Part shown: positions 37,584-46,282 of the stretch, in pieces | How the letters are laid out: each line of letters starts with the position of its first letter | Position numbering within the stretch: position 1 is the first letter of the stretch | DNA from: Capsulimonadaceae bacterium | Lineage (GTDB): Bacteria > Armatimonadota > Armatimonadia > Armatimonadales > Capsulimonadaceae | Direction of reading: 5' to 3' | DNA: 64,000 nucleotides | NCBI GenBank assembly: GCA_965215505.1 | Contig: OZ244065.1 | Coordinates: forward strand, 2,080,001-2,144,000 | Position numbers and translations under genes: made by a program | The notes under the pieces: generated by a model | What the model was told of the DNA's origin: nothing | What the model saw: only the letters and a program-made list of their open reading frames with translations | The model's database searches: none

Positions 37584-37612
37584 ATTATATCATAAACGGA
37601 TAAACGGCGCAA
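37584..37612 (-). promoter_or_regulatory. Promoter of the pil locus
   Basis: TTGCGC-17-TATAAT with TGn extension. The spacer holds a tandem 8-mer (ATAAACGG x2 on the + strand). Confidence 0.7.
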
Positions 37613-37639
37613 GTGGTTCCTATTGCCTTTCTTACCAGG

Positions 37640-38497
37640 TTATTCGGCGGGCGCGAGGGCGGCATGGACGGCGGCCTCCATGACGGCGACAGGCATCTCC
37701 TCCGGCGGCAGTCCGGTCCAGAGCGCGAGAGACAGGGCGCCCTGCCACACCAGCATCTGCACCCCGTTCATGGTCCCGCAGCCCGCCGCGCGCGCCGCCG
37801 CCAGCAGGCGGGTCTGTGTGGGGACGTAGACCAAGTCATACACGAACGGACGCCCCGCGAAAGCATCGGGCGGGAGGGCGGGCATGGCGTCCTCGTGCGG
37901 GGACATTCCCAAGCTCGTCGTGTTCACCAGCAGATCGAATGCTCCCGCCGGAGCGCCCCACCCCGCCACGGAGGCGGCTCCGGGGAACCAGTGGTTGATG
38001 TCGGCCGCCAGGGACTCGGCCCGCGCCTCGGTCCGGTTCGCGATCCGGCAGTGACAGTCCTGTGCAGCCAGGGCGAAGGTCACAGCCCGCGCCGAGCCAC
38101 CCGCGCCGAGCAGCAGGACCTGGCGGCCCTGAGCCGGCTGACCGACCGCCTCCAAGGAGCGCAGGAAGCCTTCCCCGTCCGTGCTGCACCCGTAGAGCCG
38201 TCCGTCCCGGTTATGGACCGTGTTCACCGAGCCGATGCGGGCGGCGGCCTCGTCCACTTCGTCCAGCAGCGGAAGGACGCGCTCCTTCAGCGGCACTGTG
38301 ACGTTGACACCGACCAGCCCCAGCGCGCGCAGGCCCGCCAGGGCGGCGGGGACATCCTCGGGCGCGACATCGAACGGCACATACGCCCAGTCCAGGCCCA
38401 GAGATTCGAGCGCGGCGTTGTGCATGGCCGGCGAGCGCGAGTGGCCTACGGGGTGGCCCCAGACGCCGACGACCTTTGTCCGGCCCGTGGCCCTCAT
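37640..38497 (-). CDS. aroE: Shikimate dehydrogenase
   Basis: GHPVGHSRSPAMHN, GVNVTVPLK, GAGGSAR, NTTSLGM, YDLVY motifs. ATGA overlap with yqeG. Confidence 0.95.
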   Translation of the reverse strand: MRATGRTKVVGVWGHPVGHSRSPAMHNAALESLGLDWAYVPFDVAPEDVPAALAGLRALGLVGVNVTVPLKERVLPLLDEVDEAAARIGSVNTVHNRDGRLYGCSTDGEGFLRSLEAVGQPAQGRQVLLLGAGGSARAVTFALAAQDCHCRIANRTEARAESLAADINHWFPGAASVAGWGAPAGAFDLLVNTTSLGMSPHEDAMPALPPDAFAGRPFVYDLVYVPTQTRLLAAARAAGCGTMNGVQMLVWQGALSLALWTGLPPEEMPVAVMEAAVHAALAPAE

Positions 38498-39153
38498 CGG
38501 TTCCGGCGGGCGCGCACGAGGAGCAGGACGGCCAGCCCCGCCAGCAGGGCGGCCAGCAATGTCGCGTTCCGCCGGGCCTGTGGCGTGCGCGGGTCGGGCA
38601 TGGATTCCAGGGCGGCCTCCACCTTGGCGGCGGCGGGCCACTTCCCCTGCTCGCGGAGCCGCCGGATGACGCCGTTCTCCACATAGCGGACGAGCTGGGT
38701 GGAGATGAACTCCTCCTTGGACAGCGGCGGGCGCAGCAGGATGGTGTGCAGGCCCAGCCGGTTGCCGGCCAGGATGTCCGTGAAGATCTGGTCGCCGAAG
38801 ACCGCCGTATTAGTGGCGTCAGACCCCATCGCCTTCATGGCGCGCACGAACCCGCCGGTGCGGGGCTTCTGCACGCGGTCCACGAAGGGAATGTTCATGG
38901 TTTCGGCGAGCTGCTTCAGCCGCTCGGTGTGGATGGTGTTGGAGGCGATGCAGATCTTGATCCCGGCGACCTCCAGCTTGGCGAGCCACTCGACGACTCC
39001 GGGCATGATCTCGTAGTGCCGCCAGGGCACGAGTGTGTTGTCTAGGTCGGTGATGATGGCCGCGATGCCGCGCCCCTTCAAAGTCTCCGGTTCGAGTTCC
39101 TTGACGGACTCGACCACCTGGGAGGGTGTCAGCTTGTTCAGTGGGATTGGCAT
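38494..39153 (-). CDS. yqeG: YqeG-family HAD IIIA phosphatase with C-terminal TM anchor
   Basis: DLDNTL, ASN, KP, GDQIFTDILAGNR motifs. Confidence 0.9.
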   Translation of the reverse strand: MPIPLNKLTPSQVVESVKELEPETLKGRGIAAIITDLDNTLVPWRHYEIMPGVVEWLAKLEVAGIKICIASNTIHTERLKQLAETMNIPFVDRVQKPRTGGFVRAMKAMGSDATNTAVFGDQIFTDILAGNRLGLHTILLRPPLSKEEFISTQLVRYVENGVIRRLREQGKWPAAAKVEAALESMPDPRTPQARRNATLLAALLAGLAVLLLVRARRNR

Positions 39154-39172
39154 AGTGTGTTGATCGTGGTCA

Positions 39173-40237
39173 TCATCGGGCGGCGCGCGCCGAGGCGACG
39201 GCCTTCTCGTGCTGGGCCAGCGTCGTGCTGAAGATGTGGCGTCCGCCCGCCCCGGCGACATAGTAGAGATAGCCCACGGGGGCGGGATGCAGGGCCGCCT
39301 CGATGCTCGGCAGGCCGGGATTGGCGATGGGCGTCGGCGGCAGCCCGGCGTGGCGATAGGTGTTGTACGGCGAGTTTACCCGCAAATCCGCATAAAGCAC
39401 GCGCGCCTTGTGTTCCGGCAGAGCATACTGCACCGTCGCGTCGCATTGCAGCCGCATCCCCGCCTTCAGACGGTTGCGGTAGACGGCGGCGATGAGGGGC
39501 CGGTCGGCGTCCACCTCGGCCTCGCGCTCCACCAGAGAGGCCAGCGTGACGGCGGCGGGCAGGCCGCCGGGAGAAGAGGCCGCTTCTGCCCCGTGCGGAG
39601 TGACCACACGGCGGGCGAAGTCGTCCAGCATGAGTTGGATGATGTCGCGCGGCATAGCCCCCTTCGGCACGGTGTAGGTGTCCGGGAACAGATACCCTTC
39701 CAAATTGTCACTCGGCGGCGTCCACTTCCCCACATGGAACGTGCGCCCCTGGGTCTGCGCTAGGGTGAGGAACTGCGCTTCGTCCACCAGATGATGCTCG
39801 GCCAGGCGGCGCGCGATTTGAAGGAGCGTGTAGCCTTCCGGGACCGTAACGACGCCCTGGGCGGTTTCGCCCAGCGCCATCTTGGCGGCGATCTGGCGCG
39901 GCGGCATGGCGGGCGACAGTTCATAGCGGCCCGCGTGCATCTTGCCCGAAAGGCCGTCCATCCGGCTGGCGAACACGAACGAGAGCGGGCTGCGGACCAG
40001 GCGCTTCCGGGCCAGGATCTCGCCGATCTCACGCGCACTGCGGCCCGGCGGGATGGTGACCAGGACGAGCGGGGCCTCCTTGTTGCCCGTCACCGGCGCA
40101 AGCAGTTGGACCGTGTAGAGCATCCACCCCACGATGAGCAGGGCGGTGGCCAGCAGCAGGACCAGCAGCGTCGCGCTACGCCGCACCCGGCGGGGCGTAC
40201 TGGTGAGGTCAGAAGACTTAAGAGGGTTGGATGACAT
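39173..40237 (-). CDS. mltG: Endolytic transglycosylase MltG
   Basis: LEGYLFPDTY, ASLVEREA, NRL..GMRLQCDAT, SPYNTY..GLPPTPI motifs. Confidence 0.95.
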   Translation of the reverse strand: MSSNPLKSSDLTSTPRRVRRSATLLVLLLATALLIVGWMLYTVQLLAPVTGNKEAPLVLVTIPPGRSAREIGEILARKRLVRSPLSFVFASRMDGLSGKMHAGRYELSPAMPPRQIAAKMALGETAQGVVTVPEGYTLLQIARRLAEHHLVDEAQFLTLAQTQGRTFHVGKWTPPSDNLEGYLFPDTYTVPKGAMPRDIIQLMLDDFARRVVTPHGAEAASSPGGLPAAVTLASLVEREAEVDADRPLIAAVYRNRLKAGMRLQCDATVQYALPEHKARVLYADLRVNSPYNTYRHAGLPPTPIANPGLPSIEAALHPAPVGYLYYVAGAGGRHIFSTTLAQHEKAVASARAAR

Positions 40238-40686
40238 CAGGGTGACACGAGCGCATCGCGCGGGGCATTCGTCGCCCGGCGGTGCGCGAGGTAGCTTTCC
40301 AGAATCAGCGCCGCCGCCGTCTGATCGATCTTTAGACGCCGCTTCGCCCGCGACACGCCCTGGGCGATCAGGATTTCTTCCGCTTCGACCGAGGACAGGC
40401 TTTCATCCCACAGCACGACGGGCATGGGAAAGACGTTCGCCAGGGCTTTGGCGAATCCCTGCGTCTTTTGCGCCTGCGGCCCCACTTCGCCGTCCAGGGA
40501 CAGCGGCAGGCCGACCACGACCCCCTCCGCCTCCTGCTCCGTCGCCAGGGCGGCGATGGCCGCCACGTCCCGCTTCAGGCTGCCGACGCGCCGGACCACG
40601 CCAACCGGGAAGGCGGCGATCTCCAGCGAGTCACAGACCGCGACCCCGATCCGCACGTCCCCCACGTCAAGCCCGAGCAGGCGCAT
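40237..40686 (-). CDS. ruvX: YqgF/RuvX-family nuclease
   Basis: LGLDVGDVRIGVA, VVGLP, WDESLSS, DQTAAALIL motifs. Confidence 0.93.
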   Translation of the reverse strand: MRLLGLDVGDVRIGVAVCDSLEIAAFPVGVVRRVGSLKRDVAAIAALATEQEAEGVVVGLPLSLDGEVGPQAQKTQGFAKALANVFPMPVVLWDESLSSVEAEEILIAQGVSRAKRRLKIDQTAAALILESYLAHRRATNAPRDALVSP

Positions 40687-42796
40687 TTGATTTCTCCAAG
40701 AACAGCCCGTGCAGCAGGGAAAGCACGAGACATTGCAGCATCAAAATCGCCGCGACGATCCCCGAGTCGTTGAACAGCACCGCCACCACGCACCCCCACA
40801 ACCCCGCACCCCAGACGGCCTCGAAACGCTTGTGTCGCGCCAGATACGCCGCGACCTGCTCCCACAGGAACCGCCGGGCCGCCAGCCAGAGCAGCCCGAA
40901 AGCCAGCAGCCCCAGCAGCGTCCCCGGATGCAGCGCGACCCGCGCGGCCAGCCCGATCTTCCGCAGGCTGACCCCGACGATATATCCGAAACGCCCCTGC
41001 CCCAGCGCGCCCACCGCCGTCTCCAGGTGCGTCCGCCGCAGGTGCAGGACGTGGCTGAGTATTGCCCACGCGAAGACCAGAGCAAACCCGGCGATGATGC
41101 TGCCGACCAGGTGCTTCCAGCCGACCGGCTTTCCCTGGAGCCGCCGCCAGGCGACAACGAATGTTGCCGTCGCCGTGACCGCCCCGCCCGCCTTCGCCCC
41201 GAACGAGGGGAAGGACAGGACAAAGACGGCAAGGGCGAGCCACGACAAAATCGTCGCCGACCGTAGGGGCGAACCTTGTGTTCGCCCTTCCTCTCCCGCT
41301 CGCCCTTCCTCACCCCTGGTTCCCAGCGCGCACGCCAGCAGCGCCCCGCCGATCAAGACGCCCATGTACTCATTGCCGATGCCGTAAAACCGAATGCCGG
41401 CCAGCGCGTACTCGCTCAAGGCCGAATTGGAGATCAGCGTCGTCCCCGTCAGCCCGTCCCCGATGATGACAAGAGCCGTCAGGGCGCAGATCAGCGGCGG
41501 CGAAGGCAGCAGGGCCAGCAGGCAAGTCAGCCCGGCGAAGACGGCGACATACGCACGGACGGTGTGGATGTCGGCCAGCGGCGCGAGCAAGAGCGACAGC
41601 GGCCAGGCCGAAACGACGCGCAGGCCGTAGCGAGCCACCTTGCCGGGCAGGCCGCCCATGCGCCCGGCGAGGTAGAGGCCCAGGTTTCCAAAGACGAGGA
41701 GGGCCGCGCCCAGACCGACCGCCCAGAAGATCGGGTTCTGCGCCTGCTGATTCAGCCGCGTCAGGCGGTCCATGCCCACTAGACTTTCGCCGGGGAGGGC
41801 CGTCACAGTGACAGCGGCCCCGGTCATCTGGAGCGGCGCGGGGATGTCTAGCCTGGCCAGAACCGTCGGCGCGATGTCCCGCGCAGCGATCAGCCCGCGC
41901 GTCTGCGTCGTGTCCGAGGTCAGGGTCGCCAGTGCGTGAGGGTCGGTGGCGACAAACGGCGTCAGGCTGTCCCAGCCTCCCGCCGCCGTGAGGGGCGGCG
42001 TGGGGACGACGACGAACACCTGCCCTCGGAAGCCATCCAGGACATGTCCTATATAGCCGTCCAGCCGATGCAGGGCACGGTCCCGGTGGCCTTCGTAGGC
42101 GGCGGGCAGCAGGACCCCCCGCTGGTTCTCCCGTTCGGCGCGGGCGAAGTCGCCGAACTGAACGGCGACCAGGTCACAGGTACGGAACGCCGCCAACGTC
42201 GCCGCCCATAGTTTCGCCGGGTCCGTGCGCCTGCCGCCCGGCGCGGCCGGGTCAGCGACCGTGCCGTCCGAGACGACATCCGGGGCGGGCACGAATAGGA
42301 GTGCAGGGCGATAAGGACCCGTGTCATCCCCATCGGCGTCGCCGATCAGCGCCGTGCGGACACCAGCCCGGCGCAGGGTATCGGCCATGCGGCCCTGAGA
42401 GACATCCCCCACGCGCACCGTGTCGCCTGCGCCTAAAGTCGCATAGACGTTGGCAACGGGGTCAGGCTTCTGCGCGAGGCCGGGCGACATCAGGGCGAGG
42501 ACGCCCCCGTACTCCATCCGATGCAGGTTCGGCAGGCCGGGGCGAAGCACGTCGTTCAGCGTCAAGTGGTCGGCGAGGATGACGAGGACCTGCGGGCGGG
42601 CGTCGGCAGGCACCGGAAAGAGGCACAGGAACGAAAGAAGCAGGAAGAGCGGGAGGGGACAAAGCGGGAGAGGATGAAGAGGGCGGGGGGACCCCGCCCC
42701 TACATGACGTCGCGTAGGGGCGGGGTCCCCCCGCCCTTCCCCCGTATCCGTTCCTATCCGGCTCCCCCAGAATTGGGGGCGAGAGGGGCCGTTCAC
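40667..42796 (-). CDS. Membrane protein with exported alkaline-phosphatase-like N-domain and polytopic C-domain
   Basis: GTGA overlap with the alaS stop. VLVILADHL, GLIAARDIAPT, GIRFYGIGNEYMG and NDSG motifs. Confidence 0.75.
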   Translation of the reverse strand: MNGPSRPQFWGSRIGTDTGEGRGDPAPTRRHVGAGSPRPLHPLPLCPLPLFLLLSFLCLFPVPADARPQVLVILADHLTLNDVLRPGLPNLHRMEYGGVLALMSPGLAQKPDPVANVYATLGAGDTVRVGDVSQGRMADTLRRAGVRTALIGDADGDDTGPYRPALLFVPAPDVVSDGTVADPAAPGGRRTDPAKLWAATLAAFRTCDLVAVQFGDFARAERENQRGVLLPAAYEGHRDRALHRLDGYIGHVLDGFRGQVFVVVPTPPLTAAGGWDSLTPFVATDPHALATLTSDTTQTRGLIAARDIAPTVLARLDIPAPLQMTGAAVTVTALPGESLVGMDRLTRLNQQAQNPIFWAVGLGAALLVFGNLGLYLAGRMGGLPGKVARYGLRVVSAWPLSLLLAPLADIHTVRAYVAVFAGLTCLLALLPSPPLICALTALVIIGDGLTGTTLISNSALSEYALAGIRFYGIGNEYMGVLIGGALLACALGTRGEEGRAGEEGRTQGSPLRSATILSWLALAVFVLSFPSFGAKAGGAVTATATFVVAWRRLQGKPVGWKHLVGSIIAGFALVFAWAILSHVLHLRRTHLETAVGALGQGRFGYIVGVSLRKIGLAARVALHPGTLLGLLAFGLLWLAARRFLWEQVAAYLARHKRFEAVWGAGLWGCVVAVLFNDSGIVAAILMLQCLVLSLLHGLFLEKSNAPARA
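41263..41288. repeat. GTAG-type REP inside a CDS
   Basis: gtaggggcgaaccttgtgttcgccct, identical to 50218-50243. Confidence 0.85.
42680..42737. repeat. REP doublet (two exact inverted 24-mers)
   Basis: agggcggggggaccccgcccctac / gtaggggcggggtccccccgccct with a 10-nt spacer. Related single copy at 52212-52231. Confidence 0.85.
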
Positions 42797-45417
42797 GCCC
42801 CGCCCGTCTCACCGACCAGCCGCTCCGCCGCCGCCAGCGCCTCGGCCAGCTTTGCGGGGTCCTTGCCGCCCGCCTGCGCGAAGTCGGGACGCCCGCCGCC
42901 GCCGCCGCCCGCGACCCGCGCGGCCTCCTTGACGATGTTCCCGGCGTGCAGGCCGCGCGCCACCAAATCTTTGCTGACCTTGACGGCCAGGGACACCTTG
43001 CCGCCGCCCGCGCCGCCCAAGATCGCGACGCCGGACCCGAGACGGCTCACCGTCTCCTCCGCCAGTGTTCGCAGGGTGTCCGCGTCCGCCCCGTCACCGA
43101 GGGCGTGGACGACGAGAGAGAAGCCGTGGACTGTCTTGGCGTTCGCCGTGAGCTGTTCCACCTGCCCGCCCGCCGCCGCCTTTTGCAGCACGGCCAGTTC
43201 TTTTTCCTTCAAGCGCAGTTCCGCCTGGAGCTTTTCCACCGAGGCAGGCGCGGATGTCAGCGAGGTCTTCAAAGTCTGCGCGATGTCGCCGAGCAGCCGC
43301 TCCTGGTCCAGCGTCCGCATCAGGGCGGGCTTGCCGGTCACGGCCTCAATGCGCCGGACACCTGCCTGGCTGCTGCCCTCGGAGACGATCTTGAACAGGC
43401 CCGCCTGGGAGGTGTGCCGCAGGTGGGTCCCGCCGCAGAACTCCAGGCTGAAGTCGCCGGCTTCCACGACGCGGACCACGTCGCCGTACTTTTCGCCGAA
43501 CAGCATGGTCGCGCCCATCTGCTTGGCGTCCTCGATCGGCTTCTCGAATGTCTGCACGGGCAGGTCGTCCAAAATCTTCTCGTTGACGATGCCCTCCACC
43601 TGCCGGGCCTCGTCGCGCGTCATCGCCTTGTCGTGCGAGAAGTCGAAGCGCAGCCTGTCGGGGGCGACAAGCGAGCCGCGCTGCTGGACGTGCGGCCCCA
43701 GGACGATCTGCAAGGCCTTGTGCAGCAGGTGCGTCGTCGTGTGGTTGCGCTGGATGTTGGACCGGCGGCCCGCGTCTATCTCCGCATCTACAGTTTCGCC
43801 GACGCGAAGCTCGCCCGCCGCGATTGTCGCCGTGTGGAACCAGTAGCCGCTGTCCTTCTGCGTGTCCGAGACGTCCGCCGCGCCGTCGTCCCCGTGCAGG
43901 CGGCCCGTGTCGCCCACCTGGCCGCCCGCCTCGGCGTAGAACGGCGTCTGGTCCAGGACGACCTGCACCGTCTCGCCTTCCCCGGCCCGCTCGACGAGTT
44001 GACCGCCTTTGAGGATGGCGACGATCTGCCCGCGCGTCATCGGCTCGGAGTAGCCGACGAACAGCGTTTTGACGGTGTCCCGCTCGCGCAGGGCGGGCAC
44101 TACATTGTCGGCGAACGGCTCGCGCTGCTTGCCGCCCTCCGACGTGATTAAATGCTGTTGCCAGAGTTCTTCATAGCGCGCCATGTCCACGGTCGCGCCT
44201 GCCTCGCCGGCAAGCTCGGTCGTCATCTCGGCGGGGAAGCCGTAGGTCGTGAACAGGATGAAGGCGTCATCGCCCGTGACCGCTTTGGACTGCTTCACGG
44301 CTTCGCTGTCCAGGATGGACTGGAGCCGCGCCGTGCCGGCCTCCAGGGTGCGCCGGAACTGACGTTCTTCAATGGTCGCGTAGCGCAGGAGGGTGTCGCG
44401 CCGGGCCTCCAGGTCGGGATAATCGGCCTTGCGGTGGTCAATGACCGTCGGCAGCAGGACGTCCAGGAACGGCTTGTCCAGGCCCAAAATGTTGCGGCCC
44501 GCCAGGATCGCCCGGCGCATGACGCGGCGCAAAACGTAGCCCTGGCCGACGTTGGAGGGCAGGATGCCGTCGGCGAGGCAGAAGGCGGTCGCGCGGGCGT
44601 GGTCGGCCACGCGCCGGAAGGCGATGTCCTTCTTGTCGTCGTCCCTGCTGGTATAGATCAGCCCAGACAGCTCTTCCAGGCGGCGGATGATCGGCGTGAA
44701 CAGGTCAGTCTCGAACGGGCCGCGCAGGTTCGCCAGGGCGGCGGCCGTGCGCTCCAGCCCCATGCCCGTGTCAATGTTGCGCTTGGGCAGGGGGTTCAGG
44801 TCGCCTTTGTCGTCCCGGTCGTAGGTCATGAAGACCAGGTTCCAGATCTCCAGCCAACGCTTGTCGTCCCACACGCCGTCGGGCGTCGGCGGCAGGTCGG
44901 GCTGCGTGTCCCAGAAGATCTCCGAGTCAGGTCCGCAGGGCCCGGTCGGGCCGACGAACCAGTAGTTGTCCTCGACGCCCATGCGGAAGATCTTGTTTGC
45001 CGGCATTCCGCAGGCCCGCCACAGGTCGAACGCCTCATCGTCGTCGTTGTAGATCGTGACCCGGATGCGCCCGATGTCCACCTTCAGCACGTCGAACAGG
45101 AACTCCCAGGCGTACTGGATGGCCTCGGCCTTGAAGTAGTCGCCGAACGAGAAGTTGCCCAGCATCTCGAAGAAGGTGCAGTGGGAGGTGTCCCCGACTT
45201 CTTCAATGTCCGTCGTGCGGAAGCACTTCTGCACGGTGGCGGCGCGGGAGGCGGGCGGCGTCTCCAGGCCCAGGAAGTACGGCTTGAACTGGACCATGCC
45301 GGCGTTGGTGAACAGCAGCGTGGGGTCATTGGGCACGAGCGAGGAGGAGGCGATCTGCTTTGACCCCTTGCTGATGAAAAACTCGATGTATTGGCGGCGC
45401 AGTTCGCTGGCGAGCAT
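42793..45417 (-). CDS. alaS: Alanine--tRNA ligase
   Basis: DPTLLFTNAGMVQFK, EIWNLVF, IDTGMGLER, HTTTHLL, EFCGGTH, GGGGRPDFAQAGG motifs. Confidence 0.98.
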   Translation of the reverse strand: MLASELRRQYIEFFISKGSKQIASSSLVPNDPTLLFTNAGMVQFKPYFLGLETPPASRAATVQKCFRTTDIEEVGDTSHCTFFEMLGNFSFGDYFKAEAIQYAWEFLFDVLKVDIGRIRVTIYNDDDEAFDLWRACGMPANKIFRMGVEDNYWFVGPTGPCGPDSEIFWDTQPDLPPTPDGVWDDKRWLEIWNLVFMTYDRDDKGDLNPLPKRNIDTGMGLERTAAALANLRGPFETDLFTPIIRRLEELSGLIYTSRDDDKKDIAFRRVADHARATAFCLADGILPSNVGQGYVLRRVMRRAILAGRNILGLDKPFLDVLLPTVIDHRKADYPDLEARRDTLLRYATIEERQFRRTLEAGTARLQSILDSEAVKQSKAVTGDDAFILFTTYGFPAEMTTELAGEAGATVDMARYEELWQQHLITSEGGKQREPFADNVVPALRERDTVKTLFVGYSEPMTRGQIVAILKGGQLVERAGEGETVQVVLDQTPFYAEAGGQVGDTGRLHGDDGAADVSDTQKDSGYWFHTATIAAGELRVGETVDAEIDAGRRSNIQRNHTTTHLLHKALQIVLGPHVQQRGSLVAPDRLRFDFSHDKAMTRDEARQVEGIVNEKILDDLPVQTFEKPIEDAKQMGATMLFGEKYGDVVRVVEAGDFSLEFCGGTHLRHTSQAGLFKIVSEGSSQAGVRRIEAVTGKPALMRTLDQERLLGDIAQTLKTSLTSAPASVEKLQAELRLKEKELAVLQKAAAGGQVEQLTANAKTVHGFSLVVHALGDGADADTLRTLAEETVSRLGSGVAILGGAGGGKVSLAVKVSKDLVARGLHAGNIVKEAARVAGGGGGGRPDFAQAGGKDPAKLAEALAAAERLVGETGGA

Positions 45418-45447
45418 GAGAAAGTCTCCGGTGGCTAGATGGGATAT

Positions 45448-45456
45448 ATTATAGCA
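45448..45456 (-). promoter_or_regulatory. Extended -10 promoter of alaS
   Basis: TGCTATAAT about 30 nt upstream of the ATG. Confidence 0.65.
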
Positions 45457-45487
45457 CAAAAGCCCCGGCCTCCGGGCGGGGGCCGGG
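45457..45487 (-). terminator. Intrinsic terminator closing the candidate ncRNA
   Basis: cccggccccc-gccc-ggaggccggg followed by gcTTTT on the minus strand. Confidence 0.6.
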
Positions 45488-45655
45488 ACGGCTGTGTTCT
45501 CCGGGCGCGTCTCGTCTCCCCGGAGTTTACAGATAGGTTACAGTCTCTTCAGTGGGCGCTGCCGCCGGTCTGGTGTTCGGCGGGCATCGCGCCTCTCAGT
45601 GATAGACATATGAACGAAACGTAGCGCCGAATCAGAAGGTTTTTTACGCCGTGTC
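45487..45655 (-). ncRNA. Rod-shaped structured RNA with central asymmetric bubble, 6S RNA candidate
   Basis: Nested hand-found pairings acggc/gccgt, ttct/agaa, ggcg/cgcc, cgtttcgt/acgagacg, gtct/agac, ggcgc/gcgcc, tgcc/ggca, gccg/cggc. Flanked by a promoter and a terminator. No covariance search was run and the strand is not fully certain. Confidence 0.55.
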
Positions 45656-45657
45656 AC

Positions 45658-45686
45658 ACCCTGACAGCCAGCCAAATGTATGTCAA
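45658..45686 (-). promoter_or_regulatory. Promoter for the candidate ncRNA
   Basis: TTGACA-17-CAGGGT with TG extension. The predicted start (~45652) matches the 5' end of the rod. Confidence 0.45.
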
Positions 45687-45744
45687 GACGCGCGTTTGAC
45701 TTTCCCGATTTTCATGTATAATCAGGGTGTTGAAAGGGACGATC

Positions 45745-46131
45745 ATGTCTGAAAAAGAGGTGGCCCAAAGCTTCATCGAGGCACTGCGGGCGCTGGAAGA
45801 CACCAAGGATGTCGGGCCGCTGTCGGCCCTCTACACGGACGCTGCGCTGGTAGGCAACCTCATCGCGCCGGACCGGTTCCATGGCAAGGACGGCGCGCGC
45901 GAGTTCTGGGCCGAATACCGGGGGACGTTCGACAAAGCGGAGTCTACGTTCAGCAACGTCATCGCCGGCGAAGGCAGCGCGGCTTTGGAGTGGACGACGG
46001 AGGGCACCAGCTTTGAGGGTCAGCCGTTCCGCTATGCGGGCGTCACCATCCTGGAGATCGAGGGGGACCTCGTCTCGCGCTCGTCGGCCTATTTCGACCC
46101 CAAGGCGCTAGGTCGGCAAATCAAAGAGTAA
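45745..46131 (+). CDS. SnoaL/NTF2-like protein
   Basis: LYTDAAL, G.DGAREFW, AALEW, YAGVTILE, YFD motifs. Upstream TTGACT/TATAAT and AAAGGG. Confidence 0.85.
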   Translation: MSEKEVAQSFIEALRALEDTKDVGPLSALYTDAALVGNLIAPDRFHGKDGAREFWAEYRGTFDKAESTFSNVIAGEGSAALEWTTEGTSFEGQPFRYAGVTILEIEGDLVSRSSAYFDPKALGRQIKE

Positions 46132-46282
46132 GTCCGTACCAGAAGGGGCTTTCCCGAGAGTCCCTGGGCACACCTCCCGTGCCGTGTCACATGACACCCT
46201 CCCCAACCACTTGCCCCGTGAATGACGGGACATCGGCCCCGCCACCGGGGCAGCCACGCATCATAGAAAAGGAATTAGTCTC

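Noticed and set aside
45457-45655. T-box riboswitch for alaS, a 23-aa leader peptide (MSITERRD...), or the 45439-45624 ORF
   Set aside because: No UGGNACC T-box or specifier stem, alaS has its own -10 downstream of the terminator, and end-to-end pairing explains the region better.
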